Made by a program: the position numbers and the translations under genes. From Takakia lepidozioides (taxonomy: Eukaryota > Plantae > Bryophyta), in NCBI GenBank assembly GCA_030704615.1, contig CM060731.1, positions 44,392,001 through 44,456,000 of the forward strand: a stretch of 64,000 bases of DNA, read 5' to 3'. Every line of letters starts with the position of its first letter. Positions within the stretch are counted from its first letter, which is position 1. The notes beneath the pieces are model-generated. The model was not told where the DNA came from, did no database searches, and saw nothing but the letters and a program-made list of their open reading frames with translations. Positions 41,701-53,692 of this stretch are shown piece by piece.

Positions 41701-43620
41701 ATATCAACAACTTCCTGAGCATCATGGATACTACATTTTACCACTCCACGAGTTATTAATGTGAAGTTCAAATTACATGCAGTACTGCTACTTTACCACT
41801 CGGAAAGTAAGAAGTAACCACTACAGGGGCACTATCTTTTCCATTTACAAAGATTATTGAACTCAAACAAGTACAAGTGCAGGGGGTACCTTCCAGTATG
41901 GTAAATCCCATAGGCAGCTGCGCCTTTTGATACCATGAACCTTGGCTGGATGAACTTCAGCATCAGGAAAAGCACGGGGGTCAAGGTCATAACCTTCAGC
42001 CTCAACACCAGCGGAGGAATGTTCAACCGGTGTGAACCGATGTGGCTTCGCACGCATCTCCACCTGTCCATTGAAGTGTATGCGGTTCCTGCGGTATGGA
42101 TGGGCCTGAGGGAGGAACCTGTGGTGACCTTGGTAGACAGTTTTGCCCAAAACTTTTGAGTGTCTTGCATCTACATGAGGACCGCATACTGGACACCCTT
42201 TGTAGCCTTTTGTGACACATCCTGCAAGTAGGCCATAAGCAAGAAAATCGTGGATGCTCCACAGTAGTATGGCACGTAGTATGAAGGTTCTCTCACCAAC
42301 AGGTTTGCATATGTCATATGCCCGAAACCCCCTCCACAAAACAAGTAACTCCTCCATCAGTGGTGCTAAGTACACATCTATGTGCTCACTTGTAACTGAC
42401 TGCTTTCCTGGAATCAAGAGAGTAAGCATGACAAAGAACTTCTTTGTAGTGAGCCAAGGAGATAGGTTGTATACCAACGTCAACACTGGCCATGTTGAGT
42501 AGCAATTGTTCTTATCACCAAACGGGTTGACTCCATCGAAGGAAAAACCAAGCTTTATATTATGAGGCTCTGTTGCAAAGTCGGGCCAAGTAGCATCAAT
42601 GTATTTCCAAGCCTTTAAATCAGCTGCATGGCTTGCATTCCGACTGTGCCAGGTCATTAATTCTGCAATAGAAGAGCATCTATACATACGCAAAAGGCGT
42701 GGTATCAATGGAAAATGGCGAAGCACCTTAACAGGTACCTTGGATCTCCCCACATTTTTTAATCGGGCGTTTTGATACTTGGGGCAACTCTCTGAAGCTT
42801 TCAAGTCCCCCCTAAACAACACACACCTTTGGGCAAGCATTACTTCTCATAAGTAAGCCCAAGCTTGCTCACCATGGTCTTTGCATGGTAGAAAGATGTG
42901 GGTAGTATGTTTGGTTGTGGCAACAAGGTTTTCTGCAGCAAAGAGAACATTTCATCCGCAAAGCCATTTGTAAACCCATGTGTTGCGCATAGATTCATTA
43001 TAAGCATGGTGGATGCAAGCTTAGAGGATTTACAGCCTTCATATAAAGGTAGACATGCCTCTTTCAATGAGATGGGATCATCAGTGTGAGAGTCCCCACC
43101 CGCAACCGGGTCATGGGCTTCTGGTGGGATGTTCGTGTCACCAGGAACATCTAGGTCATCTAATTCCACTTCTGCCCCATTTCCAGTTTCAGGTGTGTCT
43201 ATGATCTGAAAGGTCTCTTGGATCATGCGCTGTACCTCAACATTTCTGTCCAATTCTCCCTATGTCCGATGATTTGGTAAAGCTACGTCGTCACCAACCA
43301 CCACGGCCGTGTCTTCTCATTCATCGTCACAAGCATGCCTCCTTGCTCCTCTCCAGGATCTGAACGCAGGGGATCTATGATTGGCCATTAGATGTTTTCT
43401 CACTGTCTCTATAGAGACCGGTCGTCCACCCTTATAGTGATTGCAAGGGCATCTTAACTTGTTGAGACCATACAGGATGTAGTGGTTATGGACACTAGTG
43501 TAGTGGTTAATATGTACCCTAATTTTATTTTAAAAAAAACGACGTGTCCACATCCCATCTCCGCCATTGGATGGACGTGGACCGTCGGATGCAACCCGGC
43601 TCTTGGACAAGGCACCGTAC
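38723..43620 (-). mobile_element. CACTA/En-Spm transposon (one end and TnpD gene, degenerate)
   Basis: Terminus CACTAGAAGAAAAAC at 38723 followed by dense ACCACT/AGTGGT subterminal repeats. TnpD remnants lie on the minus strand. The other terminus was not identified. Confidence 0.9.
39530..43470 (-). pseudogene. CACTA TnpD transposase (transposase-associated Cys/His domain, Transposase_21, DUF4218- and DUF4216-like regions)
   Basis: LRCPCNH...VRKHL; KVLRHFPLIPRLLRMY, FDGVNPF, YSTWPV, IDVYLAPLMEEL, KGYKGCPVCG; DPMHCE, MKSHDYHVLMQQILP, FFDVMTHLLVHLV, WMYPMERYMKDLKGYVRN..PEGSM. Stops and frameshifts present. Confidence 0.93.
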
Positions 43621-44858
43621 TAAGTGTGGAAGAGTAGAGAGAAAGAAAGACCCCCCGTGTACTGCCCGCTATGTGTAGAACGGCCTAGTGCGAAGGAGTA
43701 CTTGTTTGAGGGAGAGGAGTCATGTTCACATGGGGGTGGCGAAGAAGGAGTCTAGCGACTTGGAGACCTGCAACCCGGGGGAGGATAGTGGAGCGACTCC
43801 TAGTGCTGACTACTCAGCAGAGAGCGAGAGCACGGACGAGGAGAAAGACCAGAGTGCTGAGAATATCATCATTCGCATGACTCCTTCCAAGCGGCCCTTA
43901 AGGACATCCACCCCAACCAAGGAGGGTAACAAGCCCGCGGTGGGATCCCTAAGATTCTGTCTCTGTCTCTATCTCTCTCTCCCTCTCTCACCCTTAGTTC
44001 ACATAGCTGTGTCACTGTTAACGGACAAAAGTCCAACTTCTTTGACATAGACCAAGGTGTAGCTCAAGGATGTACTCTCTCCCCTCTGCTCTTCAATGTT
44101 TTCATCAATTAACTCCTCGAGGATGTGGAAAGTGAGGGATTTGGGTTAAGGGTGGGTGATACCACCATACCAGCCCTTATGTTTGCGGATGACTTCGCAG
44201 GCATAGGAGAGACTCCAACCAATCTCCAGGAGTTGATTGATTGCGCGAAGAGATACTTTGATCTTTGGGGGCTAGAGGCTAATGTCAGCAAATGTGCAGT
44301 GGTAGCATTCAACGACAGTGGAGAGGGAGGAAGTGATCTTAAGTGGCAGTGGGGTAGCCAAGAGATCCCAGTCCTCCCTTCCTACACTTACCTGGGCGTT
44401 CAGTTTTCCTCCAATTGTAATTGGGATGCACATATCCGGAAAGTTGTTCAAACTGGCAAGGGCAAAGCTCTGGGGCTCACTAAACTTTTCCACTGTAGAG
44501 GGGTCAACTCTGAGGTTAAGAAAACAATGGTTTGTCGCGTTATTAGAATTGCCTTGGAGTACGGATCTGCTATATGGGTTGATAACTCCAACCAGGCTAA
44601 GTCTGTAGAATCCATTCAAGTGGGGGTGCTTAAGGAGGGGGGCTGCTATTTCATGAGCGGCATGAGCATGAGCGGAAAAAAAAAAAGCATGAGCAGACCA
44701 TTGTGAGTCCACGGAAATAGGGTTAGGAGGCACGGAAATAGGGTCATGTGAAGTTGGAATGTGGCACCAGTGGACTTGAAATGCAACATTTTATTGCAAA
44801 TTTTGTGGCAAGCCACGTCTATACAAGTGTGTTCTAACTGTCATAGCCGGAATGGGCA

Positions 44859-47800
44859 CTACTCTCCTACACCCTCCGAGGAACTTGCCCCACCTTCTTT
44901 CTCATCCCCCTCATCCCCCTCATCCTCCGAGCTCTGTGATGCATCAGTTCCACTATGCCTCTCAAAAATCCCGTCCTCTCCTTGGGGGACTGTCCACCTC
45001 ACCTCCTGGGAATCTTCTGCGTCTTCTCCCCCACTTTCCTCAGCAGAATCCAACACAAATCTACGAGCCCGACGGGCTCTAATAGCTGCTGCCTCCTCCC
45101 TCATCTTCATTTTCTTGAGGCTTGCCTCGTCTAAAATCTGCTGTACACGACTACGTTCGGAACACCTCCTAATGGACACCAAAGCAAGCCGGGCAGCATA
45201 AGTAGGAAGGATGTACTCCCTTTCTGGACTAGGCATGAAATCCCCCCTGGCAAAAAAAGGCACGTTCCTCCTGCCCATGAACTCCGGTGTACTTGGCATC
45301 CTACAGTAAGAACAAATCCACTTCAAGAATGTCAATACCAGCACAACCAGAAAGGGTTTTCAATGAAATAAGAGAGCGGAGGGAGGTGCCTCACAAAATC
45401 TGGAGGCAACTTACAATGCCACCACTCACTCGTAAACCGGGGGCTCCTCGGCCTCGATCCCAACTTCCTCCCCCTGCTCCTTCTCGGATTTTTCCTCATC
45501 CTCCGAGGATGCCTCTTCCTCTTTCGGCAGACGTTCAGCCGCTGCAAGTTCCGAGTTGTGGAGGGCAGTATCTGGCTCGAAGGCGAACACATGCCTGTCG
45601 GACAACGTCCCTGCCCACATTGAAGCACCTGAGGAACAAAGCGGGCGGTTAATAGCTTGCGGCATGCAATTGCAATGGGGCCAGGGGACAAACTGAGCAC
45701 GTGAAGGCTTACCCGTGCCGCATGTGAGGTCCAGAATCCGCCCTTGGACATCCGAGCACGTCTCCATGAGGGTTTGGATGAAAGCAGGGCTCCGGTCCGG
45801 CTGTACCGCCACGGTTTGCTTGTCTTTGTGTCCTTCGGCATACTAGAGTGGGGCACATAGTTGTAGAGGACATCGTAGGTTACAGGGTCCACAGCGGCAT
45901 CAACAAGACGACCGTCGTTGCGGAATTTGAACGTAGACCCTCTCTTCACAAAGCAATATGCCTCAAACACCAATGTCTGCACATCCAACAAAGAAGGGAT
46001 CAATTCCAGGGTCTACTTAACATACACCACAATATGAAGTGAATGCAATAGATTGATAACTTACACTTTGGCCCTCTGTTCGCAACCCCTGCGTACTGAT
46101 GCAGAACCATTTTCTGAGGAGGACCGGGGTGACACTTTTCGGTGTCCACCTTGCCACCGCATTCTCTGTGGTCTTCCCTCTCGTGGCAAGGACAACCACA
46201 CATCCACCGTCATCCAGAAGCATCCCCGCCAGCCCAAACCCGGCTTTCCAGTAGTCCTCAGTAAACCTGTTCCAGGTGGGCACACCATCCAGGCCCTCCA
46301 GCAGCTCCCCATCTGGAATGTCGAGGAGAATCATGTCGCAAGCTCTCTCCACCTCAACCCCCCCCCCCCCGAGTGCTCTTGCAATTCGTGCTCACAGCCG
46401 TGAAGAATTCCATCATGGCTTCAAAACCAGGGGTGTCTTTAGGCTCTGTACCGCCAGCCCTCTTCTTGGCTTTCCCCTTCTGCTCCGCCAGAGACTTGTT
46501 GTGTGCCACCTTCTTCGCCCTGGCAGCGAGAGCGTCAAGGAAGCTCTCATTGACGCATTGGATGATGGTTGGAGGTTCTAGCTTTGGCCTGTGCGTAAAC
46601 GTCACCGCCGAATACCGGCGTGTAGGCTCGCCCTCAAATGCCAACTTCTTGGCAGAGCCAGTCCCACTCCGAACTGACTTGGGAACCCGGACGACCGGTG
46701 ACTGGGTAGGAGCAACAGCAGTCGCAGGACCTTGAACAAAATCGGCGTCGGAGTCACTCTCTTGGGTCCCCTCCTGCGCCTCCTCCGATGCCCCGATGGT
46801 TTTCTTCTTTTTGGGTGATACTGCAGTCACCTGTTTCCTTGTCCTTTTCCTTTGACCTTTACTCTTCTCATGCAATTTCTCCTGAATTCCTGCCTGAGCA
46901 AGCTCTGCCGCTTTCCTAGAGTTCACAAGCGCTTTTGCCTCTTTTGCACCCAACGGAGGCAGCGGAGCCCGGTTTCGTCGGAATTCAGCATCCAGCTTCA
47001 ATTGAAACTCGGATGGGTCGAGCGAGCCGGGCGGAAGGTCCACATACCAAGGGCAATCATGCAAATGTTCCAGATGCCACTCCTTCACAATATCGTCAGT
47101 GTACATGGAGTCAGCCCCAGGGTTCCTCCATGCCAGGAAGAATGGTGGCTCGAAAGATAGATGACCTTTCTCCAAAAGGGAGAACTTACAGTACCTGCAT
47201 TCATGAAAAACACAATGAGGTCCGAAAATGGCTAAGTCCCTGAACGGCAATAGGGCCTACAACTGGAATATGGCGCCGAATTTCCACTTCAGGGCCAGCC
47301 AGTCTAGGGACTTAGCCCGAAAATGGCTAAGTCCCTGAACGGCAATAGGGCCTGGAACTGGAAAATGGCGCCGAATTTCCAGTTCAGGGCCAGCCAGTCT
47401 AGGGACTTAGCCCGAAAATGGCTGTCCCTGGACGGCAATAGGGCCTAGAACTGGAAAACGGCGCCGAATTTCCAGTTCCGGGCCAGCCACACTAGGGACT
47501 TAGGCCGAAAATGGCTAAGTCCCTGAACGGCAATAGGGCCTACAACTGGAAAATGGCGCCGAATTTCCACTTCAGGGCCAGCCAGTCTAGGGACTTAGAC
47601 CGAAAATGGCTAAGTCCCTGGACGGCAATAGGGCCTGGAACTGGAAAATGGCGCCGAATTTCCAGTTCCGGGCCAGCCAGTCTAGGGACTTAGCCATTTT
47701 CGGAGCCCTGACTGGAAATTCGGCGCCATTTTCCCTAACACCACTTGAGGCCTCTAACATCCTGAAATGCAGGACTTGAAAGAAAGGCAGCGCGTATGTA

Positions 47801-50800
47801 CCTGTACAGAAGGCGCATTGCTGCTTTGTCCGCGTTCGGCTGGTCGGTGAACTCGTGGCTCCGGCGAGCATTTGCTATCTCCCGAAAGAATAGGTTGGTT
47901 TCGTAGAGCAGAAAGTACCTCGTCACATAGTCACGTAGGCTCTCTGCTGCAGGAGATATCTCCATCTTGAACTGATGTGCTTGTGTGTCCAGCTGCTCTT
48001 GCGCATTCGTCGTCACCTGTGGAGATTGTCCATCAGATCGCTTTCCTCAAAAAATACAATGAATCCACCCCCTACTAGAGTAGAAGCCCCAAACGAAGCG
48101 TGGGGAAGTACCTGAAACCACCATGTCATGCGGTTCATCCACATGTCGAATGTGGGGTCAGAGAGTTTGTCCGGTTTGGGGAAGCTCCACATGTCCCTGG
48201 TACTTTGGGAACCATTCCAGATTTGGAGCCACCGGGTCTGTCCAACCACCCAGCATATTCGTAAGCGCCAAACACCACAAAAAGGAGTTGTTGCCACCAC
48301 AATTTTGTTAAGAATGTATCACCTTTTCTGTTGCATCCACACAGGATGTGGCTAGACGATGGAGTTTCTCCAATGTCATCGTGGGCTTCAGAGCGCGAGA
48401 GTAGTGCTTCCCCACCTCCACCAGAAAGTCGGCACCAAGGGCGGGATCAGCTATGGCCACGTACTTTACCATCCGCGACTTGTACTTTATGCGGGCCCTC
48501 ACCTCCGCAGCTTTGACATACGATTCGAGTTCCGGGAGGGTTGGATTCTTCTCCTCTGACTCCATGTAGAACCTCCGCGCATGTGCCAAATCCTGCTGTA
48601 TTTTCGTCTGTCAAGAATGCGCACATAAGATTAGAGATCCTGCTCAACACAATTTCTTCTATTGGGGAGGAGAGACAGATTAGCTCAACAAAACTGTCAG
48701 GAGCTTTACCCGAAATATGTAGTCCACCATGGCGTCGACGCTCAGCCTATACCAGGTTCTGTCTACCTTTGCCTCCGACTTGCGCAGGAGGTCGGCACTG
48801 AGGGAATTGGCAAACTCTTGCACCCCCTGCTTCCCGACATCCTTCACTCGGAAGAGCATATGGGACAAGTTGGTGGCAATGAAGGCATTCTCAGTCACCC
48901 TGCAGTGCCACATTTCCATCAAACAATACTGAAATGGGAATTTTCATCATATATGAGGATTCGCAATGAAATGACTTCTAAATTCAAAGTCCAAAGCGAG
49001 AGGGGTTGTAGCTTACGAGTTGATGTCGGCCATTGCAGCTTTGAGAAGACTGCGATCTTTGGGCCCCGCAACCTTCAGCACAACACAATCACGGCGAAAT
49101 GCCAATCGAGATCGTTGGGGTGGGCTTGGGCAATGTGCTCCATCCATGCCAGGAGGCGATGATTGCCGTCCCACACGTAGAACATCTTACCGGACATGTG
49201 CTGGAAAAGAGGATCACTAGCAATCGATCTCTCGAACTCCTCATTTCGCGTTTGCCAATGGGGACCCCATTTGTCCACCTCATCGGAAGTGTGGGCACGG
49301 GAAGCTCCGTGGTCGTTCTCAATGGAAACGTAAAACGCGGCAGACCCCATTCGATATCCATCCCGGAAAGAGAATTTCAGCTTGTCGATATCGCCTGGGA
49401 GGGCAGGTCTCACCACCTGCAATGACACCAAGCGGCAAAGGGGAATTCGAAGCTTGGCCGGGTACACCATGCCCCCCAGCACCCTGCCAATGTTGCTGTG
49501 GGTTGCCTCCAACATCTTGGCAGCGGCCAACTTCATATCCGCCTCAGACATGACGTCTGCTGCAGAGGGGTTTTCCGGCAGCCCACCAGGACCGCCAAAT
49601 CCAGCCTGTATGCTCCGGGTTTGGGGCCTGGGGATGTCCGGGAGGATGTCATCCTGGTCAGAAACCTCCATGTCGTCCTCCTCAACAGGGTCAGCCACCT
49701 GCGAAACCACCTCCAGCACTCTCGTCGTCTCTACTGCCCTCTCCCTGGCTTCACTTGCCCGCGATGGTCTAACCGGTGTGTTACTGCCTCTCTGTGGTGT
49801 CTTGGAGGGATCCACCGTCTCTGTGTGTCCCTCGCTTACATTGGCATCTGTCATTTGGGCACCCCTGGCCTCTTCAGCTGCCTTTTGTCTTTCCTCCTGG
49901 CTAGCATTCTGTCTCGTCTGTTCTTTTGCCCTCTCTTTTGCCCTCTCACGGGCTTTCTGTTTCTTACTAGGGCTAGCAGCAGGGGAGCCCTCCAGGACGA
50001 CCACCTTTGATTGAGGCGAACTGACACCCTCGCGCGCACTGCTCACTCCCCCCTCCGCAGCCCGTGACTGCTCTCTCGCCGGGGATTGCATGTGCTTAGC
50101 TTTCTTCTTTTTCTTTGCGTGGGCGGGCCCTACTGCATGTGCATGAACAACCTCCATTGCCGGATCTGCTGTCCTCATGTCCTCACGCCCTTCACCTGCC
50201 ATGCCGCCTGCACCAACCTCCCCAATGCCTACTCTGTCGTAATCTCGTTGCAAGTCCTCCCGTCCACCAACAAAAGGTTTAAGTTTGCCCTCTCGCCCCA
50301 AGTTGGGCGATTCAAACATGCGATGAGTTGGAGCTGTCGATGATACCACCAGCGTGCCGGGCTCGTCGTCACTCTGTCATTGACAAAAATCGTGAAAACC
50401 AACATCGGTGCAAAAAGCAGCATCGCAACGAGCAGCGCAACCACCATAGCAACAATCATGTAGCAAAAATGAAAACATAACAAGTTTAGGAAGTATGGAG
50501 AGCCATGCAACAACAATGAAAACAAATGCAACCATTGCCTAAGAATGACATGCACAAGCAGCCTTCTCCAGAGCTGCCGGATTTGCACACGCATTGCAAA
50601 CAATCTAAGGTTCACTCAACTATCTAAAGTTCACTCATACAGCAAAGCCAGGATGAAGATGCAAAAACAAAGCGAGGTAACAAAGCGAAAGCAAAAAATA
50701 AATCGAACAAACCGAAAGCAGAAGTGGCTTGCCTGAGAGTACTCGGCTTCAGTTGGCGCAGGTTGTGAGCAAGACACTGGAATCTCCTGCTGGAGCTTCA

Positions 50801-50810
50801 GTTTGGCCAT
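44859..50810 (-). pseudogene. Multi-exon cargo gene: disordered N-terminus, ParB/Srx-like domain, helical region, beta-class N6/N4 DNA methyltransferase-like domain and acidic tail; several apparent frameshifts
   Basis: ParB-like RIPLCRLVSLQVVRP..DIDKLKFSF..FYVWDGNHRLLAW (~49120-49460). MTase-like CDMILLDIPDG..LLDDGGCVVVLA (~46190-46345) and RSPAFIQTLMETCSDVQGRILDLTCGT|GASMWAGTLSDRHVFAFEPD (~45570-45800, joined across a GT-AG intron). Exon model partly inferred. Confidence 0.75.
47222..47730. repeat. Intronic tandem array, ~95-bp unit x ~5, core GGAAAATGGCGCCGAATTTCCA
   Basis: Unit ccgaaaatggctaagtccctgaacggcaatagggcc...ggcgccgaatttcc...gccagtctagggacttag, starting at 47222, 47317 and onward. 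Confidence 0.95.
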
Positions 50811-51119
50811 GCGAGAGATTGGCCGTCGTCCGTAGTACAGAGCTTTCAACTTCCGCCGCGGTCTGGATGTGAGGTCTCTCTCAGGAGAGCCACGCCCTTC
50901 AGGCGGCATAAGTCCCAGCCAAAAAGATCTCCTTTTTTGGGGTACATGCCTGGAATACCATGTTAAGCCAAGATTAGCATGAGATTTAGGGTACGTGTCC
51001 AGGAAGCCATGCGTCGCCAGCCCGAATAATAACCGACGGCGGTCGACATTTATTGCCCAACTGCGCAATTAAATGTCGGATGAAGCCCTCCATGTCGGAT
51101 GAAAATCGACGTAAACAGT

Positions 51120-53450
51120 CCCGGAATTTCCAACGTAGAGGTAATTCGGAGCGCTGCACGATGGAATTCCGGCGCCGGATTTCCATCCTGCAGGTAATTC
51201 GGAGCGCAGCAGGATGGATATCCGGCGCCGAATTTCCATCCGCGAAGGAAGGGCGGCGCTGGAAATTTCCCTCACGCAGGTAATTCGGAAGCGCGCGGAT
51301 GGAAATCCGGCGCCGAATTTCCATCCGCGGAGGTAGGGCGGCGCTGGAAATTTCCCTCACGCAGGTAATTCGGAAGCGCGCGGATGGAAATCCGGCGCCG
51401 AATTTCCATCCGCGGAGGTAGGGCGGCGCTGGAAATTTCCCTCACGCAGGTAATTCGGAAGCGCGCGGATGGAAATCCGGCGCCGAATTTCCATCCGCGG
51501 AGGTAGGGCGGCGCAGGAAATTTCCATCACGCAGGTAATTCGGAAGCGCGCGGATGGAAATCCGGCGCCGAATTTCCATCCGCGGAGGTAGGGCGGCGCT
51601 GGAAATTTCCATCACGCAGGTAATTCGGAAGCGCGCGGATGGAAATCCGGCGCCGAATTTCCATCCGCGGAGGTAGGGCGGCGCGGAAATTTCCCTCACG
51701 CAGGTAATTCGGAAGCGCGCGGATGGAAATCCGGCGCCGAATTTCCATCCGCGGAGGTAGGGCGGCGCGCCGAATTTCCCTCACGCTGGTAATTCGGTGC
51801 CGAATTCCATCATGCAGGTAATTCGGATACGGATGAATGGAAATTCGGCGCCGAATTTCCATCCAGCAGGTAAGTGGAATCTCGGATGGATGCAAAATTC
51901 AGCGCCGAATTTCCATCCTGCAGGTAATTCGAATACCGGATGAATGGAAATTCGGCGCCAAATTTCCATCCAGCAGGTAAGTCGGATCGGTGCCGTATGG
52001 ATATTCGCGCCGAATTTCCATTCGCCATGTATTTCTGAGCGAGGAATTACCTTCGTGCAGGTAATTCCCAGATGAGAATTACCTTCTGTAGGTAATTCGC
52101 GATCAGAATTACCTTCGTGCAGGTAATTCTGGACGAGGAATTAACATCCTACGGCATCGATTGGAATTACCTGCACGAAGGTAATTCTCATCTGGAAATT
52201 ACCTGCACGAAGGTAATTCTCATCTGGGAATTACCTGCACGAAGGTAATTCTCATCTGGGAATTACCTGCAGGAAGGTAATTCTGAGCGATGAAATACAT
52301 GGCGAATGGAAATTCGGCGCCGAATATCCATACGCCACCGATCCGACTTACCTGCTGGATGGAAATTCGCCGCCGAATTTTCATTCATCCGGGATTCAAA
52401 TTACCTGCAGGATGGAAATTCGGCGCCGAATATCCATCGCCACCGATCCGACTTACCTGCTGGATGGAAATTCGGCGCCGAATTTCCATTCATCCGGGAT
52501 TCGACTTACCTGCTGGATGGAAATTCGGCGCCGAATTCCATTCATCCGGGATTCGAATTACCTGCAGGATGGAAATTCGGCGCCGAATTTCGATTTATCC
52601 GGGATTCCACTTACCTGGATGGAAATTCGGCGCCGAATTTCCATTCATCCGGTATTCGAATTACCTGCAGGATGGAAATTCGGCGCCGAATCTCCATCCA
52701 TCCGGGATTCCACTTACCTGCTGGATGGAAATTCGGCGCCGAATTCCATCGGGGGATGTCTCTGTCGGAGAGGTGCCGCCTCTCTGCCGCTCTGTTGGAT
52801 ATTCGGGCCGAATTTCCGTCCCGGGTTGAAATATGACGGCCAGGTGCCGACCTCTCCCTTCTCCCCGACTGCATTGGAACGGCCCCGAATTGAAATTCGG
52901 CGCCGTTTTCCCATCTGGGGAGGTTTTTATGTCGGCCAGTTTTCGGTCTGACCCCCCGACAAGACTTCCTTTGGGGGGCCCGGATGGAAATTCGGCGCCG
53001 AATCTCCATCCAGGGGATGTTCTCTGTCGCACACTCGCCGGCCTCTGCGCCCGAGGCGACTTCATCCGGGCGTCCCCTGTTCGATATTCGGTGCCGAATT
53101 TCCGTCCGGGGTTGAAATGTGACGGCCAAGTGCCGGCCACTCCCCCCTCCCCGACTGCATCCGAACCGCCCCGGATGGAAATTCGGCGCCGTTTTTCCAT
53201 CTGGGGATGTTTTTATGCCGTCCAGTTTTCGGCCTGACCCCCCGACGACTCCCTTTGGGGGGCCCGGATGGAAATTCGGCGCCGAATCTCCATCCAGGGG
53301 ATGTTCTCTGTCGCACACGCGCCGGCCTCTGCGCCCGAGGCGACTTCATCCGGGCTTCCTCTGTTGGATATTGGGTGCCGAATTTCCATTCGGGGGTAGT
53401 AATGTGACGGCACGGTGCCGGCTTCTCCCCTTCAGCCGTCATCATCCGGA
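51120..53450. repeat. Intergenic palindrome-rich arrays between the divergent genes
   Basis: 85-bp unit x ~6 (51276-51785); many copies of GGATGGAAATTCGGCGCCGAATTTCCAT; GAATTACCT..AGGTAATTC units (52045-52285); ~290-bp duplication (~52740-53400). Arms on either side of ~52160 are inverted. Confidence 0.95.
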
Positions 53451-53692
53451 CGGCCCCCCACTTTCTGACTGCATACCGTTGGCAGTTATTGCGCAAAGAC
53501 GAGGGGCCGCATTCCGGAGACAAGGTTCATTAACACTCTGACTGTGGATTTTTGAGATAGTTGGCTCCCTGGATTTGGATCAGGCTTCGTCGCTCGGACA
53601 AATCGGCATCGCATTCATTCCCATCGCTGCACCCCCTTCTACCAGGGAGCTTCCCCGCACGCCATCCTGGCAGTCTTGTGTGCACATCTCCC

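Noticed and set aside
44859-50810. Bacterial or phage contamination as the source of the ParB/MTase gene
   Set aside because: The gene has spliceosomal introns and lies within TIRs and a TSD inside a LINE; a second copy exists at 4725-5270.
51120-53450. CRISPR array (regularly spaced palindromic repeats)
   Set aside because: Intervening sequences are themselves repeated rather than unique spacers; no cas genes; eukaryotic TE context.
50986-53541. ORFs such as MEIRRRISI.../WKFGAEF...
   Set aside because: They are translations of the palindromic tandem repeats, open in several frames on both strands.
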